DNA from: a virus
Lineage: Duplodnaviria; Caudoviricetes
Strand: one strand, 5' to 3'
DNA: 64,000 bases
Virus record (IMG/VR): IMGVR_UViG_3300038974_000325
Span: 6,907-70,906 of that record
The notes beneath the pieces are model-generated. The model searched no databases and was not told the DNA's origin. It was given only the letters and a program-made list of their open reading frames with translations. The position numbers and the translations under genes were made by a program. Below are positions 19,785 through 28,392 of this stretch, piece by piece (position 1 is the first letter of the stretch; the number at the start of each line of letters is the position of its first letter).

Positions 19785-20909
19785 TCAGCTACGCAATGGC
19801 ATAAGCAAATAGCTCTCGTTTGGGCTTGACCCAGAGATAAACAGGGGGGACTTGCCAATCTGGTCAACCTGCATCGCTATCCTGACCGTATCACCATCAA
19901 TAGCCGAAAGCAAGGCAATCATGTAAGCTGGATTGAAAGCAACTCTGCCGTCAACGCTGATATTGTTCTCTTTGAAGGGAAGCTCTATCTTGGCATTTAC
20001 TTCTGACCTGATAGACGAGCCGAATATCGCCTTGTCGCTTCCATCAAGTTTCATTGCGGTCTTGAGGCTGGTTTGTTCCGTGGCAAGCATACAGGTCTTG
20101 AGGGTTTCAACAAGCTCTTTCTTCTCGAACTCAATGGCTTTCGAGTCTTCCCGTCCATTGAATGCCTTTTCGTATTCAGGGAACTTATACTCAAGCATAG
20201 AGGTTAAAACCTGAGTTCCATCTTTGAACTCATACTCAATCTTGTTGCGTTGGGTAACCCTGATGATTACATCGGCATCTTGGATATGAGTAAGGTTTTT
20301 CAGAACAGGCTCAATGGTGATATTGGGAAACAGCAATTCTCCAGCAAAGGTTGCACCGCTTGGCTTTTCAATCAGGATTTCTCCGACCTTTCTGCCATCT
20401 GTTGCTGCAAACACATACTTGTCGCCCTTGACCCTGAGACAAATAGCCGTTAAAACAGCCCTGTTCTCGTCTTTGGATACGCAATCACGAAGCTTGGTAA
20501 ATACGCTGTCGATAACGTTCTCCGATACAACGATTGTTTCAGACGCTGTTTCGCTTGGCTTTACCTCTGGATAGAGGGTGTCGTCTGCAAGCTCAAGCTC
20601 AAATGTCATTTTCCCAGACTTGAACCTTGCAACTGTCCCGTCTGTTTCGATTTCAATCAAGTCTTTAATCCTGCCAACAAGGGCGATGAGCGTTTTGCCA
20701 TGAACGCAGATAGTCCCGCTTTCAAGAACGGCACATTCTCCGCTTTTGATGATGGTGGCTTCCAAATTCGAGGCACTAACCTTCATCTTGTTGTCTTCGC
20801 AATCAATCTTCACGCATTGAAGTATTGGGGAAGTCGAGCCTTTCGGAAGTGCACTTGCCACGCACTTGAGCATGGCATTCAGTTCTTTTGCTTCAATCTT
20901 GATTTTCAT
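19785..20909 (-). CDS. dnaN: DNA polymerase III beta sliding clamp (phage-encoded)
   Basis: 374 aa; SPILQCVKI...VSASNLE; RAVLTAI...AATDGRK; FPEYEK; VAFNPAYMIALL...YLLMPLR, all beta-clamp hallmarks. Confidence 0.93.
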   Translation of the reverse strand: MKIKIEAKELNAMLKCVASALPKGSTSPILQCVKIDCEDNKMKVSASNLEATIIKSGECAVLESGTICVHGKTLIALVGRIKDLIEIETDGTVARFKSGKMTFELELADDTLYPEVKPSETASETIVVSENVIDSVFTKLRDCVSKDENRAVLTAICLRVKGDKYVFAATDGRKVGEILIEKPSGATFAGELLFPNITIEPVLKNLTHIQDADVIIRVTQRNKIEYEFKDGTQVLTSMLEYKFPEYEKAFNGREDSKAIEFEKKELVETLKTCMLATEQTSLKTAMKLDGSDKAIFGSSIRSEVNAKIELPFKENNISVDGRVAFNPAYMIALLSAIDGDTVRIAMQVDQIGKSPLFISGSSPNESYLLMPLRS

Positions 20910-20918
20910 GTCTTCTCC

Positions 20919-21500
20919 TTATCCGACATACTGATTTATCGTTTCTTTGTGGTTATCGTAGTAGTCGCCAAACGTTATCAACACACCGCCAATAGATTTG
21001 ATAGCATCTATTGACTTGTCTTCGTATGGCTTGTTCGCTTCTTTCTTGGTCTTGGGTATCATAACTATGAACTCGTCTCCAGCTTCGTTCACCATTACCT
21101 CAACATTGTTATAGTAAATCCTACCATCATCGTTGAAGTCGATTTCAGCAACCCCGACTCCGAGTTCTTTCAGGTATTGAGGGATAATAGGCGTCACGTT
21201 CCCTTCATCCATAATCGCCTTATTTAACGCCTTACCATCTTTGGTCTTGAGGTTTGGAGTGTAGCACTTCTCGTTCTTGCTATACTTCCACTCCCCTGCG
21301 TTTTCATCGGGCAGGTCTGGTAATCCAGCAAAGCATATTTGATAGGTCTCACGCTTTCTCCTGATGAGGATACGCTCTGACTTGGTGACCTTTTTAAGTC
21401 TCGCAAAGTAATCCTCTCGAATGTGGCGACCCTTCTTTTCTTTGGAAATCATTTCCTCGTTGGTCACCAGATAAATTGAGTGTTTTTCTCCAAGCATCAT
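20919..21500 (-). CDS. Hypothetical protein
   Basis: 193-aa ORF with SD, in the accessory operon. Confidence 0.65.
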   Translation of the reverse strand: MMLGEKHSIYLVTNEEMISKEKKGRHIREDYFARLKKVTKSERILIRRKRETYQICFAGLPDLPDENAGEWKYSKNEKCYTPNLKTKDGKALNKAIMDEGNVTPIIPQYLKELGVGVAEIDFNDDGRIYYNNVEVMVNEAGDEFIVMIPKTKKEANKPYEDKSIDAIKSIGGVLITFGDYYDNHKETINQYVG

Positions 21501-21700
21501 TTCTCCTTATAGACCCCGACTGCAAGGGAAACTTTGGGCTTTACGTCTGTGAACCCAATCCGTTCCGCTGTTACATTGGGGAACTTTTTCTTTTGCTCAT
21601 ATAGCCATTCGCCCACATTTTCTTTGGTGTGGGCAACTATTACCTTGACTCTGGGGTGGTTGTTTATTCTTACTTCTATTAACATCTTTCCATCCCTCAA
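21497..21700 (-). CDS. Hypothetical protein
   Basis: Short ORF with 4-bp overlaps to its neighbours. Confidence 0.55.
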   Translation of the reverse strand: MRDGKMLIEVRINNHPRVKVIVAHTKENVGEWLYEQKKKFPNVTAERIGFTDVKPKVSLAVGVYKEK

Positions 21701-21891
21701 TCGAACATTGCAGCATGGGCACTGGTGCTTTCTACATAAAAGCCATCTTGGGATTTGGCTTTCAGTTTGGCAAATGCTTCGTCTGCGTTTCTGGCAAGAA
21801 CCCGTTCAACTTCTTGGTCTTCGTTGTTATAGAGACCATACCATTTCTTTGACCGTGCTTCATCTTGTCTTACAAAACTGGGATAGCTCAT
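21697..21891 (-). CDS. Hypothetical protein
   Basis: Short ORF with SD (GGAGAAG) and a coupled overlap. Confidence 0.55.
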   Translation of the reverse strand: MSYPSFVRQDEARSKKWYGLYNNEDQEVERVLARNADEAFAKLKAKSQDGFYVESTSAHAAMFD

Positions 21892-21902
21892 CTTCTCCTC
21901 CC

Positions 21903-22199
21903 CTATCCTTTTGCCACTACGAGCTTATGAACTTCGGTAATGGAGAGGTTGTCAACCCCGTGAAGGTAAACGCTTTTTTCTGAATAATCTTCAATAACAT
22001 CCGCTCCTGTGTAATAAGAAATAGCGTCTGCGTATCCTTTGGCGATGAGAGTTGCAAAGTTTCCGTCTTTACCATATCCTTGAATGCGGATTGCTCTGTG
22101 CTTGTCCCCGTTTTCGTGTTCAAGTTCGCCTTCCGTGAATTTTACCACTGGGGTGGTGAAGGTGGCTTCTTTGGTCTGTCTAAAAGTTAAGTTTTCCAT
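21903..22199 (-). CDS. Hypothetical early protein
   Basis: First gene after promoter cassette P1; SD AAGGAG. Confidence 0.65.
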   Translation of the reverse strand: MENLTFRQTKEATFTTPVVKFTEGELEHENGDKHRAIRIQGYGKDGNFATLIAKGYADAISYYTGADVIEDYSEKSVYLHGVDNLSITEVHKLVVAKG

Positions 22200-22204
22200 G
22201 ACTT

Positions 22205-22310
22205 TCTCCTTGTTTGTTTTTTGTTATCCAAGTGTTAGGTCTATAATAAGATATGAGTCCTGACTGTCAAGAATTATTTGTCGTTTTTTCATGTTTTTTT
22301 TAGCCGATTT
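22205..22310 (-). promoter_or_regulatory. Repeated early promoter cassette, copy P1
   Basis: TTGACAGTC, 16-nt spacer, TATTAT, ACTTGGA, A-tract, CAAGGAG; upstream AAAAAAACATGAAAAAA. Confidence 0.75.
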
Positions 22311-22331
22311 CCTAAATCATTGAAAGAGGCT

Positions 22332-23285
22332 CTATAAGACCTGCATTTTTTTTAACCTCTCTTTGATTTTCTTGGCAAGAACAACCGCTCTGCCTTTTTC
22401 TATCCCGTGAAACCCAGATATGAAGTGGGCTATTTGCTTCTCGCTTCTTTGCATACACATCATGGTTCTTGTGCTTTCAATGAACGCAACCAAGTCGTTA
22501 TCGTTCTTGGCAAGATAGACCTCTCTGTTCCCGAAATCAACCTTCTTGCCGTCTATCAGAACGGACACAAAGTTGGGAAAGGTCTCAACTACTGGATACA
22601 GCTTATTCTTGGCTGTTCCACCTTCGATGTCATAATGAACCGATACAATCGCTTCCACTTGTTCTCCTTTTTTCATGGCTTCTACCCACTCATCATATTC
22701 TTGGGGTGACAACATCATCCTGATGTCTTTTCTGTGTTTTCGGCAACCAAACAACTCAATTCTGCCATCCTCATGTAGATATGAGGCAAATATCGTCTCG
22801 TTTGTGATAAACACAATTATTGGGGCTTTGAGGTTCGTCATATCCTTAGAATAGACACCGCCTCTTGCATATCCATAGGGAAGGTGTTCCGATATTGCAA
22901 AAGACTCTCTGTTTGCTTTTTTGCTCGTTAGACCAGAGTATATGTCGGAAAGAAAATACTCAAATGCCTTGTTTGCAGTTTCAAACTCAAGCTTTTCCCT
23001 GTATTGGTAAGCATCTTTTTCGACTACAACACTTATACTATTGTTTTCTCCATAAAGTTCTGCATATACATCTCCAATTCTAACAATCTTCATTGATGGT
23101 TTGATTTCCATCGGAATATAATCAATATCTGCAAAATAGCTTTGCGGGTCTTCAACATCTTGAAACTTTACTGGAGTATCATAGGCATAAAACTCTGAGT
23201 CAACGTCTATTGAAAACCTGCATTGCATCTTTTCAAGGTCATCAACTGTGACATGGTATCCATTCTTAAACTTCAGGTTCTTCAT
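22332..23285 (-). CDS. Hypothetical protein
   Basis: 317-aa ORF with no recognisable motif. Confidence 0.65.
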   Translation of the reverse strand: MKNLKFKNGYHVTVDDLEKMQCRFSIDVDSEFYAYDTPVKFQDVEDPQSYFADIDYIPMEIKPSMKIVRIGDVYAELYGENNSISVVVEKDAYQYREKLEFETANKAFEYFLSDIYSGLTSKKANRESFAISEHLPYGYARGGVYSKDMTNLKAPIIVFITNETIFASYLHEDGRIELFGCRKHRKDIRMMLSPQEYDEWVEAMKKGEQVEAIVSVHYDIEGGTAKNKLYPVVETFPNFVSVLIDGKKVDFGNREVYLAKNDNDLVAFIESTRTMMCMQRSEKQIAHFISGFHGIEKGRAVVLAKKIKERLKKMQVL

Positions 23286-23547
23286 CTTTCTTTGTCCCGC
23301 TTGAGTAGTGGAGAACCATCACCTTTACCTTATCGCATCTGGCAAAGAACATATTCATTACCTTTGAGGCAAACTTATAGCTCTTGGTCTTGAGTGTTCC
23401 GATTGGCATACCCTCTGTGGTGAAATTTACAGTGAGGTCTTCACCATCTTTGTCAATGACAGCTTTGTGAGTGGGCTTGGTGTAATACATAAGCCCAATA
23501 CCATTATGGGACTCAAGCATATCATGAACTTCGCTGAACTTAATCAT
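23266..23547 (-). CDS. Hypothetical protein
   Basis: 93-aa ORF with SD. Confidence 0.55.
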   Translation of the reverse strand: MIKFSEVHDMLESHNGIGLMYYTKPTHKAVIDKDGEDLTVNFTTEGMPIGTLKTKSYKFASKVMNMFFARCDKVKVMVLHYSSGTKKDEEPEV

Positions 23548-23564
23548 TGGTCTTTTCTCCTTTT

Positions 23565-23798
23565 CTATATCACCCCTGCTGACTCGAAAAAGAACAGCAG
23601 GAACAATTCTTCGTTGATGTCTTCTGGAGCTTCTTTAAGGATAGTGTCTGCATCATCTCCCTGACAAAATAGGATGTGCTTGTTATCCTTCATTAACGCT
23701 AATGTGGGTAAGGTGTTATCCACCTCTATTGAGAACCCCAGACGCTTTAGGGCGTCCCCTCTTTTTTCAACATCCGACACGAACTCAACCCGTATCAT
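23565..23798 (-). CDS. Hypothetical protein
   Basis: 77-aa ORF in the operon. Confidence 0.55.
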   Translation of the reverse strand: MIRVEFVSDVEKRGDALKRLGFSIEVDNTLPTLALMKDNKHILFCQGDDADTILKEAPEDINEELFLLFFFESAGVI

Positions 23799-23807
23799 CG
23801 TGAACCC

Positions 23808-24131
23808 CTATTTCCAGCCGTTAATAATTCTATCAATGATGCCCTTGAGAATGCCAAAGTTTATTGGGCTTGGCGATGTGACATAAGCAGACATTGTATA
23901 GATATTGTCTTCTACTACATTTGCCTTCCATTCGCTGGAAAGGTGTTGCATTATTTTTCTTGCGTGGAGCGTAGCTAAATCAAGACCGAAAATTACGTCT
24001 TCGATAATTGGTTTGATTTGGACACATTCTGTTTCGTGTCCATCTTGTGTAAGCGTCCCAATCGTAAACCTCAATGAATTAAAGGTAAGTTCCGATTCCA
24101 TCAGTGTGCCTTTCTTTGTAAAGTGTTTCAT
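23808..24131 (-). CDS. Hypothetical early protein
   Basis: First gene after cassette P2; SD AAGGAG. Confidence 0.6.
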   Translation of the reverse strand: MKHFTKKGTLMESELTFNSLRFTIGTLTQDGHETECVQIKPIIEDVIFGLDLATLHARKIMQHLSSEWKANVVEDNIYTMSAYVTSPSPINFGILKGIIDRIINGWK

Positions 24132-24134
24132 TTT

Positions 24135-24260
24135 CTAACTCCTTGTTTTTTTTTGATTTAGTGTGTTCCAAGTTATGAAGCTATAATATGATGGTGGTCT
24201 GGACAGTCAAGGTTTTTTTTGCTATTTTTCCAGTTTTTTTCATGTTTTTTTGCCCAGTTT
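24135..24260 (-). promoter_or_regulatory. Repeated early promoter cassette, copy P2
   Basis: TTGACTGTC, 16-nt spacer, TATTAT; shares GTGTTCCAAGTTATGAAGCTATAAT with P9. Confidence 0.75.
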
Positions 24261-24293
24261 AGTAAAACTTTTGTTTGGTTGTGATTAGACGCT

Positions 24294-24319
24294 AAAAAAA
24301 AGACCGCTTGTGGCGGTCT
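24294..24319 (-). terminator. Rho-independent terminator
   Basis: AGACCGC-cacaa-GCGGTCT followed by a T-run. Confidence 0.8.
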
Positions 24320-24352
24320 CTACTTGAATACACTTGTTACAAGGGACAAGGG

Positions 24353-25027
24353 TCAAAAACAATCATCATAATCATCGTAGTCCGAGTCGTCTGGATAGTA
24401 GTCATCCTCACCATAATCTTCTGCTTCATCATCTGTGTCAATGATAATGTCCCCGAACAGGAAGGTATGCAACTCGTTCACTCCGACCTCAAAATCTTCT
24501 TTGAACTCGTGGATACGACCAAGCTTGTACTTCTCAATATCCTCTATGCTTTCGCCTTCGAGTTCCACAAGGGCAATGGGGACTATTCCAAGCATCCCTG
24601 CATCTACTCCATATCGATAGCCATCGCTATCATAAAACGTTCCATCTCCATGAGCAGTCGAAGCACCAAAGAACTTGTGTCCACGATGAGAGAATAGGTG
24701 TGGGTGGTCTTCGCCATTTTCAAAGCAATCTGTTTCATCGCAGAGCTTAGACCAGCTTTCACCAGAGAATACATAGCAGGGGTCGCCAATGTAATACTTC
24801 CCCGCTGGAAAGGTGGTGGTCTCATCGTCTTTTGTCTCTGGCTCGTTTACATCAACAATTTCAAAATGTGCCATGAGAACTCTAAGGGCATTATCATAAT
24901 CCCCAGACATCATTTCGTTTTGGATTGGAGTCCACTCCATCCCGTTTTCTTTGGCAACCCGCTTGGCAATCGCCATAAGGTTAAACACGTTTCCGTCAGC
25001 ACCAATTATTCTAAGCTTTGGTTTCGT
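24353..25027 (-). CDS. Two-domain hypothetical phage protein; start uncertain (GTG 24988 or ACG 25027)
   Basis: N-terminal KPKLRIIGADGNVFNLMAIAKR motif joined to a YYIGDPCYV...TAHGDG...VDAG domain; acidic tail. Confidence 0.6.
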   Translation of the reverse strand, partial: TKPKLRIIGADGNVFNLMAIAKRVAKENGMEWTPIQNEMMSGDYDNALRVLMAHFEIVDVNEPETKDDETTTFPAGKYYIGDPCYVFSGESWSKLCDETDCFENGEDHPHLFSHRGHKFFGASTAHGDGTFYDSDGYRYGVDAGMLGIVPIALVELEGESIEDIEKYKLGRIHEFKEDFEVGVNELHTFLFGDIIIDTDDEAEDYGEDDYYPDDSDYDDYDDCF

Positions 25028-25227
25028 TGTTCCTCCATCTTGATTTGGTTCAGGATTGATTGAAAGTGTCTTTGCACTCTTGGTGCGAGAGATTCGCTTA
25101 ACATTGTTCTTACTCCAATCTGGAGCAGGTTAGTTACAAAATGCTTCTTGAGCATTACAATTCTTTCACGGGTCTGAGCATCTAAGTTGGTCTGTCTTTG
25201 GGTCTCTATTCTTGTGTTGCTTTTCAT
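25006..25227 (-). CDS. Hypothetical protein
   Basis: 73-aa ORF with SD. Confidence 0.5.
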   Translation of the reverse strand: MKSNTRIETQRQTNLDAQTRERIVMLKKHFVTNLLQIGVRTMLSESLAPRVQRHFQSILNQIKMEEQRNQSLE

Positions 25228-25236
25228 CTTTTCCCC

Positions 25237-25611
25237 CTACGAATTTGATTGAATATCGTAGATTGCTGCTATTACCATGCCGACTTCTGCGTTGGTAAGT
25301 AAACGGTCTGCGTTAAGTTGATAAGCATTGCTAAGGTCGCAATAGCTCATTGATTTGAAAAATCCAAGTGTGTCCCCGACTAATTCGGCTATCTTTCCAG
25401 TGATGTCTTCTCCCTTTACTTTTTCAGTGCAAAGGGATACCTGAGTAACCTTTTCACCGATAACTGGGTCGTTTCCATCTAAGACGTCCACGCTTATAGA
25501 TATGGTATGGGTTTTTTCGCCGAGGTTCCTGCTTCCAAATGATAGGTGAACCGAACACCATCTTTCGTTCATCTGGTCTTCTAATGAGTGTCTAAACTTG
25601 AGCTTTTCCAT
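25237..25611 (-). CDS. Hypothetical early protein
   Basis: Start placed at MEKLKF after SD AAGGAG of cassette P3. Confidence 0.6.
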   Translation of the reverse strand: MEKLKFRHSLEDQMNERWCSVHLSFGSRNLGEKTHTISISVDVLDGNDPVIGEKVTQVSLCTEKVKGEDITGKIAELVGDTLGFFKSMSYCDLSNAYQLNADRLLTNAEVGMVIAAIYDIQSNS

Positions 25612-25614
25612 GTC

Positions 25615-25715
25615 TATCTCCTTGTAGTTTTTTTTGTGTCCCAAGTGATAAATCTATTGTGACTTATGGGCATAGACCGTCAAGGATTATTTTTCATGTT
25701 TTTCAAGTTTTTTTT
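25615..25715 (-). promoter_or_regulatory. Repeated early promoter cassette, copy P3
   Basis: TTGACGGTC, 16-nt spacer, CACAAT, ACTTGGGA, A-tract, CAAGGAG. Confidence 0.72.
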
Positions 25716-25994
25716 ATCCATATTCATAAGTGCAAGTTATTGTGTTATTTGGACTTGCATTTTTTTTGACAGGTGTTCAGGTTAAGTGTTTTGCTCCAAA
25801 ATGCTCCCAGACAATGGTGCTCTGTTTTCATTGTAGGCTCATTATAGCTCATATAAACTTCGTTGTATTTGTATGGATAAAAGTATAAATCATGCTCTGC
25901 GTTGACTCCAAATTGCGTAAAACTTTTATTGATAATGGTTTAACCTCGCAAAAAAATACACTTGTCTTTCATTGTTGCAGTTTCTCATGGACAC

Positions 25995-26025
25995 AAAAAA
26001 GCCCCAAACATCGCTGTAAGGGGCT
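25995..26025 (-). terminator. Rho-independent terminator
   Basis: AGCCCC...GGGGCT stem followed by a T-run, downstream of the secreted-protein gene. Confidence 0.7.
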
Positions 26026-26049
26026 ATTGGGGGAAGTATTCCGATTTGA

Positions 26050-26589
26050 TTATTTGGGGACGTAAACAACCGTTTTCATTACTTGTTCACCTCCGAGATT
26101 AGCTGCATCAGATACTGGTTGACACCCTGCCGTTCGTATAACGTAAACAACTCTAAAATACGGGGCGTAAACCCCACTGAGGTCTGCTTTCATCGTCCAT
26201 TTCAAGTTCTTGGAGTTGGCGTTACCGCTCGTAAACGTTGGAGATTTGGCGAGAGAGTCAACATCTGCCCACGTCACACCATCGCCTGACATCTGTAGCA
26301 TCGGTAGCAAATGGGTTGCACTCGTCCCACTAATGGTGTCTTGGGTGGCGGCGGTGATAACGAAAATCTTGTTGCTAAGAGCAGAGCCTTTGAACAAAGC
26401 CGAAGCATAGCCGTCTTTGCTCGTTTCATAGGTATCCGCTGGATTAACATCCGAGCCAGTGTCGGTAATGACGGTAAAGGCTCTGTCCACCGTATATCCG
26501 TAGGTCGGCTTGGCAAACAGGCTTGCGGAAACGACCATCATAATGGTCAGCATCAAGAGTAGTTTGATGAGTCTCATCTTTTCATCCAC
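26050..26589 (-). CDS. Secreted (signal peptide) beta-rich protein
   Basis: MRLIKLLLMLTIMMVVSASLFA is a Sec-type signal with an A-x-A-like cleavage site; the mature part has LQMSGDGVTWAD (SxDGxxW-like). Confidence 0.7.
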   Translation of the reverse strand: MDEKMRLIKLLLMLTIMMVVSASLFAKPTYGYTVDRAFTVITDTGSDVNPADTYETSKDGYASALFKGSALSNKIFVITAATQDTISGTSATHLLPMLQMSGDGVTWADVDSLAKSPTFTSGNANSKNLKWTMKADLSGVYAPYFRVVYVIRTAGCQPVSDAANLGGEQVMKTVVYVPK

Positions 26590-26659
26590 CTTTAAGGTTT
26601 TTTTTGCCTATGGCATTTGTGAGCAATCTAATCTTCATACGCTTTGGATGTCAAGACTT

Positions 26660-27622
26660 TTAATTAAGAGGAAACTCAAACTTAAAGTATCCACCCCTGT
26701 TGCTCTCTACCCAATACAGCGACCAGAACACATAGTTCATTTTCATTGCGAGAATGATTTCTTCGTTTTCAGACCACCCACCAGTAGCAAGTTCAAGAAC
26801 GACAGCCTTGCCGTCCTCTCGTTTACTAACGGTCATTCTGCCGTAATTACCATGCCAAACGGACTCAAGTTTTTCAATGAACTCGTCTGGGGACTGCTTG
26901 AGTAGAACATAGTCTCTAATCCACTTGTATTCATCCGCAACAGCAACCTCAGCTTTGTTCATTATTGCTTGTGCAACTTCATCGTGATTTGCGTATTCGT
27001 TCCACAGTGGGAAACGCAGACTGCTCAAAACGTCAGATAGTTCCTTTACGCTTAACGAGGCGTAGGTTCTCTTTTCTGCAATTACCTTCCTAAGTTCGTT
27101 TATCACGTCTGCTGGTGTTTTCTTGTTCGCCCAACCGAAGGTAAGGTATATCTTATGCCTGTTTGACTCAATAGTCCCGACCTCTTTGGTTTCTCCAAGT
27201 GACGATGTGATGAAATTGGGAGAACCGCTTTCTTTCAACAGGTTGTGGATATAGCAACCTATTGCGTTCATCACTACGCTGTTCTTAAGGTCATACTCAA
27301 CAGACCCAGAACTCATGATGATGTCCTCAATAACTCCTACACCATCTGGAACGTATTGGTCGCAAACTGGACAATAGCTTGCGTGTTTCTTTGGGCTTCC
27401 ACCAATGGCATCTTCGTTTTCTTCGTTGTGAGCGTGTCCACAATACGGGCAAATGCCATCCAATATCCAATACTCTGGATAGGTTTCTTCGCAGTAGTCG
27501 CAAACCGACACTGGAACGTTCTTGTCTTCTGCCGCTAAAGCAACCCGCTGCATTCTGTGCTTGAACTTCATTCCTTCATCAACAAGCACTCTAAGACGCT
27601 TGATTTCTTCGGCTTCACTCAT
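26660..27622 (-). CDS. Hypothetical Zn-finger protein
   Basis: CDYC...CPYC and CPVC motifs; 320 aa. Confidence 0.6.
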   Translation of the reverse strand: MSEAEEIKRLRVLVDEGMKFKHRMQRVALAAEDKNVPVSVCDYCEETYPEYWILDGICPYCGHAHNEENEDAIGGSPKKHASYCPVCDQYVPDGVGVIEDIIMSSGSVEYDLKNSVVMNAIGCYIHNLLKESGSPNFITSSLGETKEVGTIESNRHKIYLTFGWANKKTPADVINELRKVIAEKRTYASLSVKELSDVLSSLRFPLWNEYANHDEVAQAIMNKAEVAVADEYKWIRDYVLLKQSPDEFIEKLESVWHGNYGRMTVSKREDGKAVVLELATGGWSENEEIILAMKMNYVFWSLYWVESNRGGYFKFEFPLN

Positions 27623-27816
27623 TGCTTCCCCCTACCATAGCTTCGTGCCTGATGCTCAAGGCTATACTTGTCGTGAGGCTTTACTCCAGTCTGGGCAGCC
27701 TTTTCATTTTCAAATTCGTGTATTCTTTTGGTCTGGCATTTAATCGTGTGAGCCATTCCGTTAGGACTTTCTTCGTCCACGTTTTCGAGATACATCCCGC
27801 TATACTTGCATTTCAT
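27619..27816 (-). CDS. Hypothetical protein
   Basis: Short coupled ORF with SD. Confidence 0.5.
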   Translation of the reverse strand: MKCKYSGMYLENVDEESPNGMAHTIKCQTKRIHEFENEKAAQTGVKPHDKYSLEHQARSYGRGKQ

Positions 27817-27820
27817 GGTC

Positions 27821-28036
27821 TTACTCCTTTTCTATTTGGTATGGTTGTCTTTTCATAATCTTGGACGCTATGAAGTAACTCATAATCCATTCCTTTGCGT
27901 CCAGCGTTGATAAGTAGGTTATGGTCTCGCTCCAATCTCCCAAGTCTTCAATGGTAACCGCAACATCAGCAAGGTAAACAACCTCTCCCATTCTTGCGTA
28001 TTGCCCGTCTATTATCAATATTCCAGAACCTACCAC
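27821..28036 (-). CDS. Hypothetical protein
   Basis: Short coupled ORF. Confidence 0.5.
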   Translation of the reverse strand: MVGSGILIIDGQYARMGEVVYLADVAVTIEDLGDWSETITYLSTLDAKEWIMSYFIASKIMKRQPYQIEKE

Positions 28037-28323
28037 CTTTTGCTTGGAAGTCCAATTTCAAATGTTCCGCTCATTGCGTTGCCGATAAGTGCTTCTTTCA
28101 AGCCCTTCTTTATCTTGGGCAACTTCCGCTTGATGAGACGTGCAGACTCATTCAGGTTGCGTATTTCTTGGTCTGGGTCACCAAACACATCCCCGAAATC
28201 AAAATACATGGTCAAGCTTTTGCCGACCATTCTTGCAACTATCGCAACCCTGTAAGTGTGAGAGGGTCTTGCTACTATTACCCGCTGTAATCGGGTTTCG
28301 TCAACTTCCCAAGTGATAACCAT
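28030..28323 (-). CDS. Hypothetical early protein
   Basis: First gene after partial cassette P4; SD AAGGAG. Confidence 0.6.
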   Translation of the reverse strand: MVITWEVDETRLQRVIVARPSHTYRVAIVARMVGKSLTMYFDFGDVFGDPDQEIRNLNESARLIKRKLPKIKKGLKEALIGNAMSGTFEIGLPSKRW

Positions 28324-28327
28324 CTTT

Positions 28328-28392
28328 CGACTCCTTGTGTTTTTTGTTATGGTTCAAGTGTTTAACATAAGTCATTGACTGTCAAGGTTTTT
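28328..28392 (-). promoter_or_regulatory. Repeated promoter cassette, partial copy P4
   Basis: TTGACAGTC...ACTTGAA...A-tract-CAAGGAG; the -10 is not at the usual spacing. Confidence 0.55.

Noticed and set aside
19655-19867. 70-aa ORF between the clamp and portal genes
   Set aside because: It overlaps the clamp end and spans a terminator and promoter region; no SD or motif.
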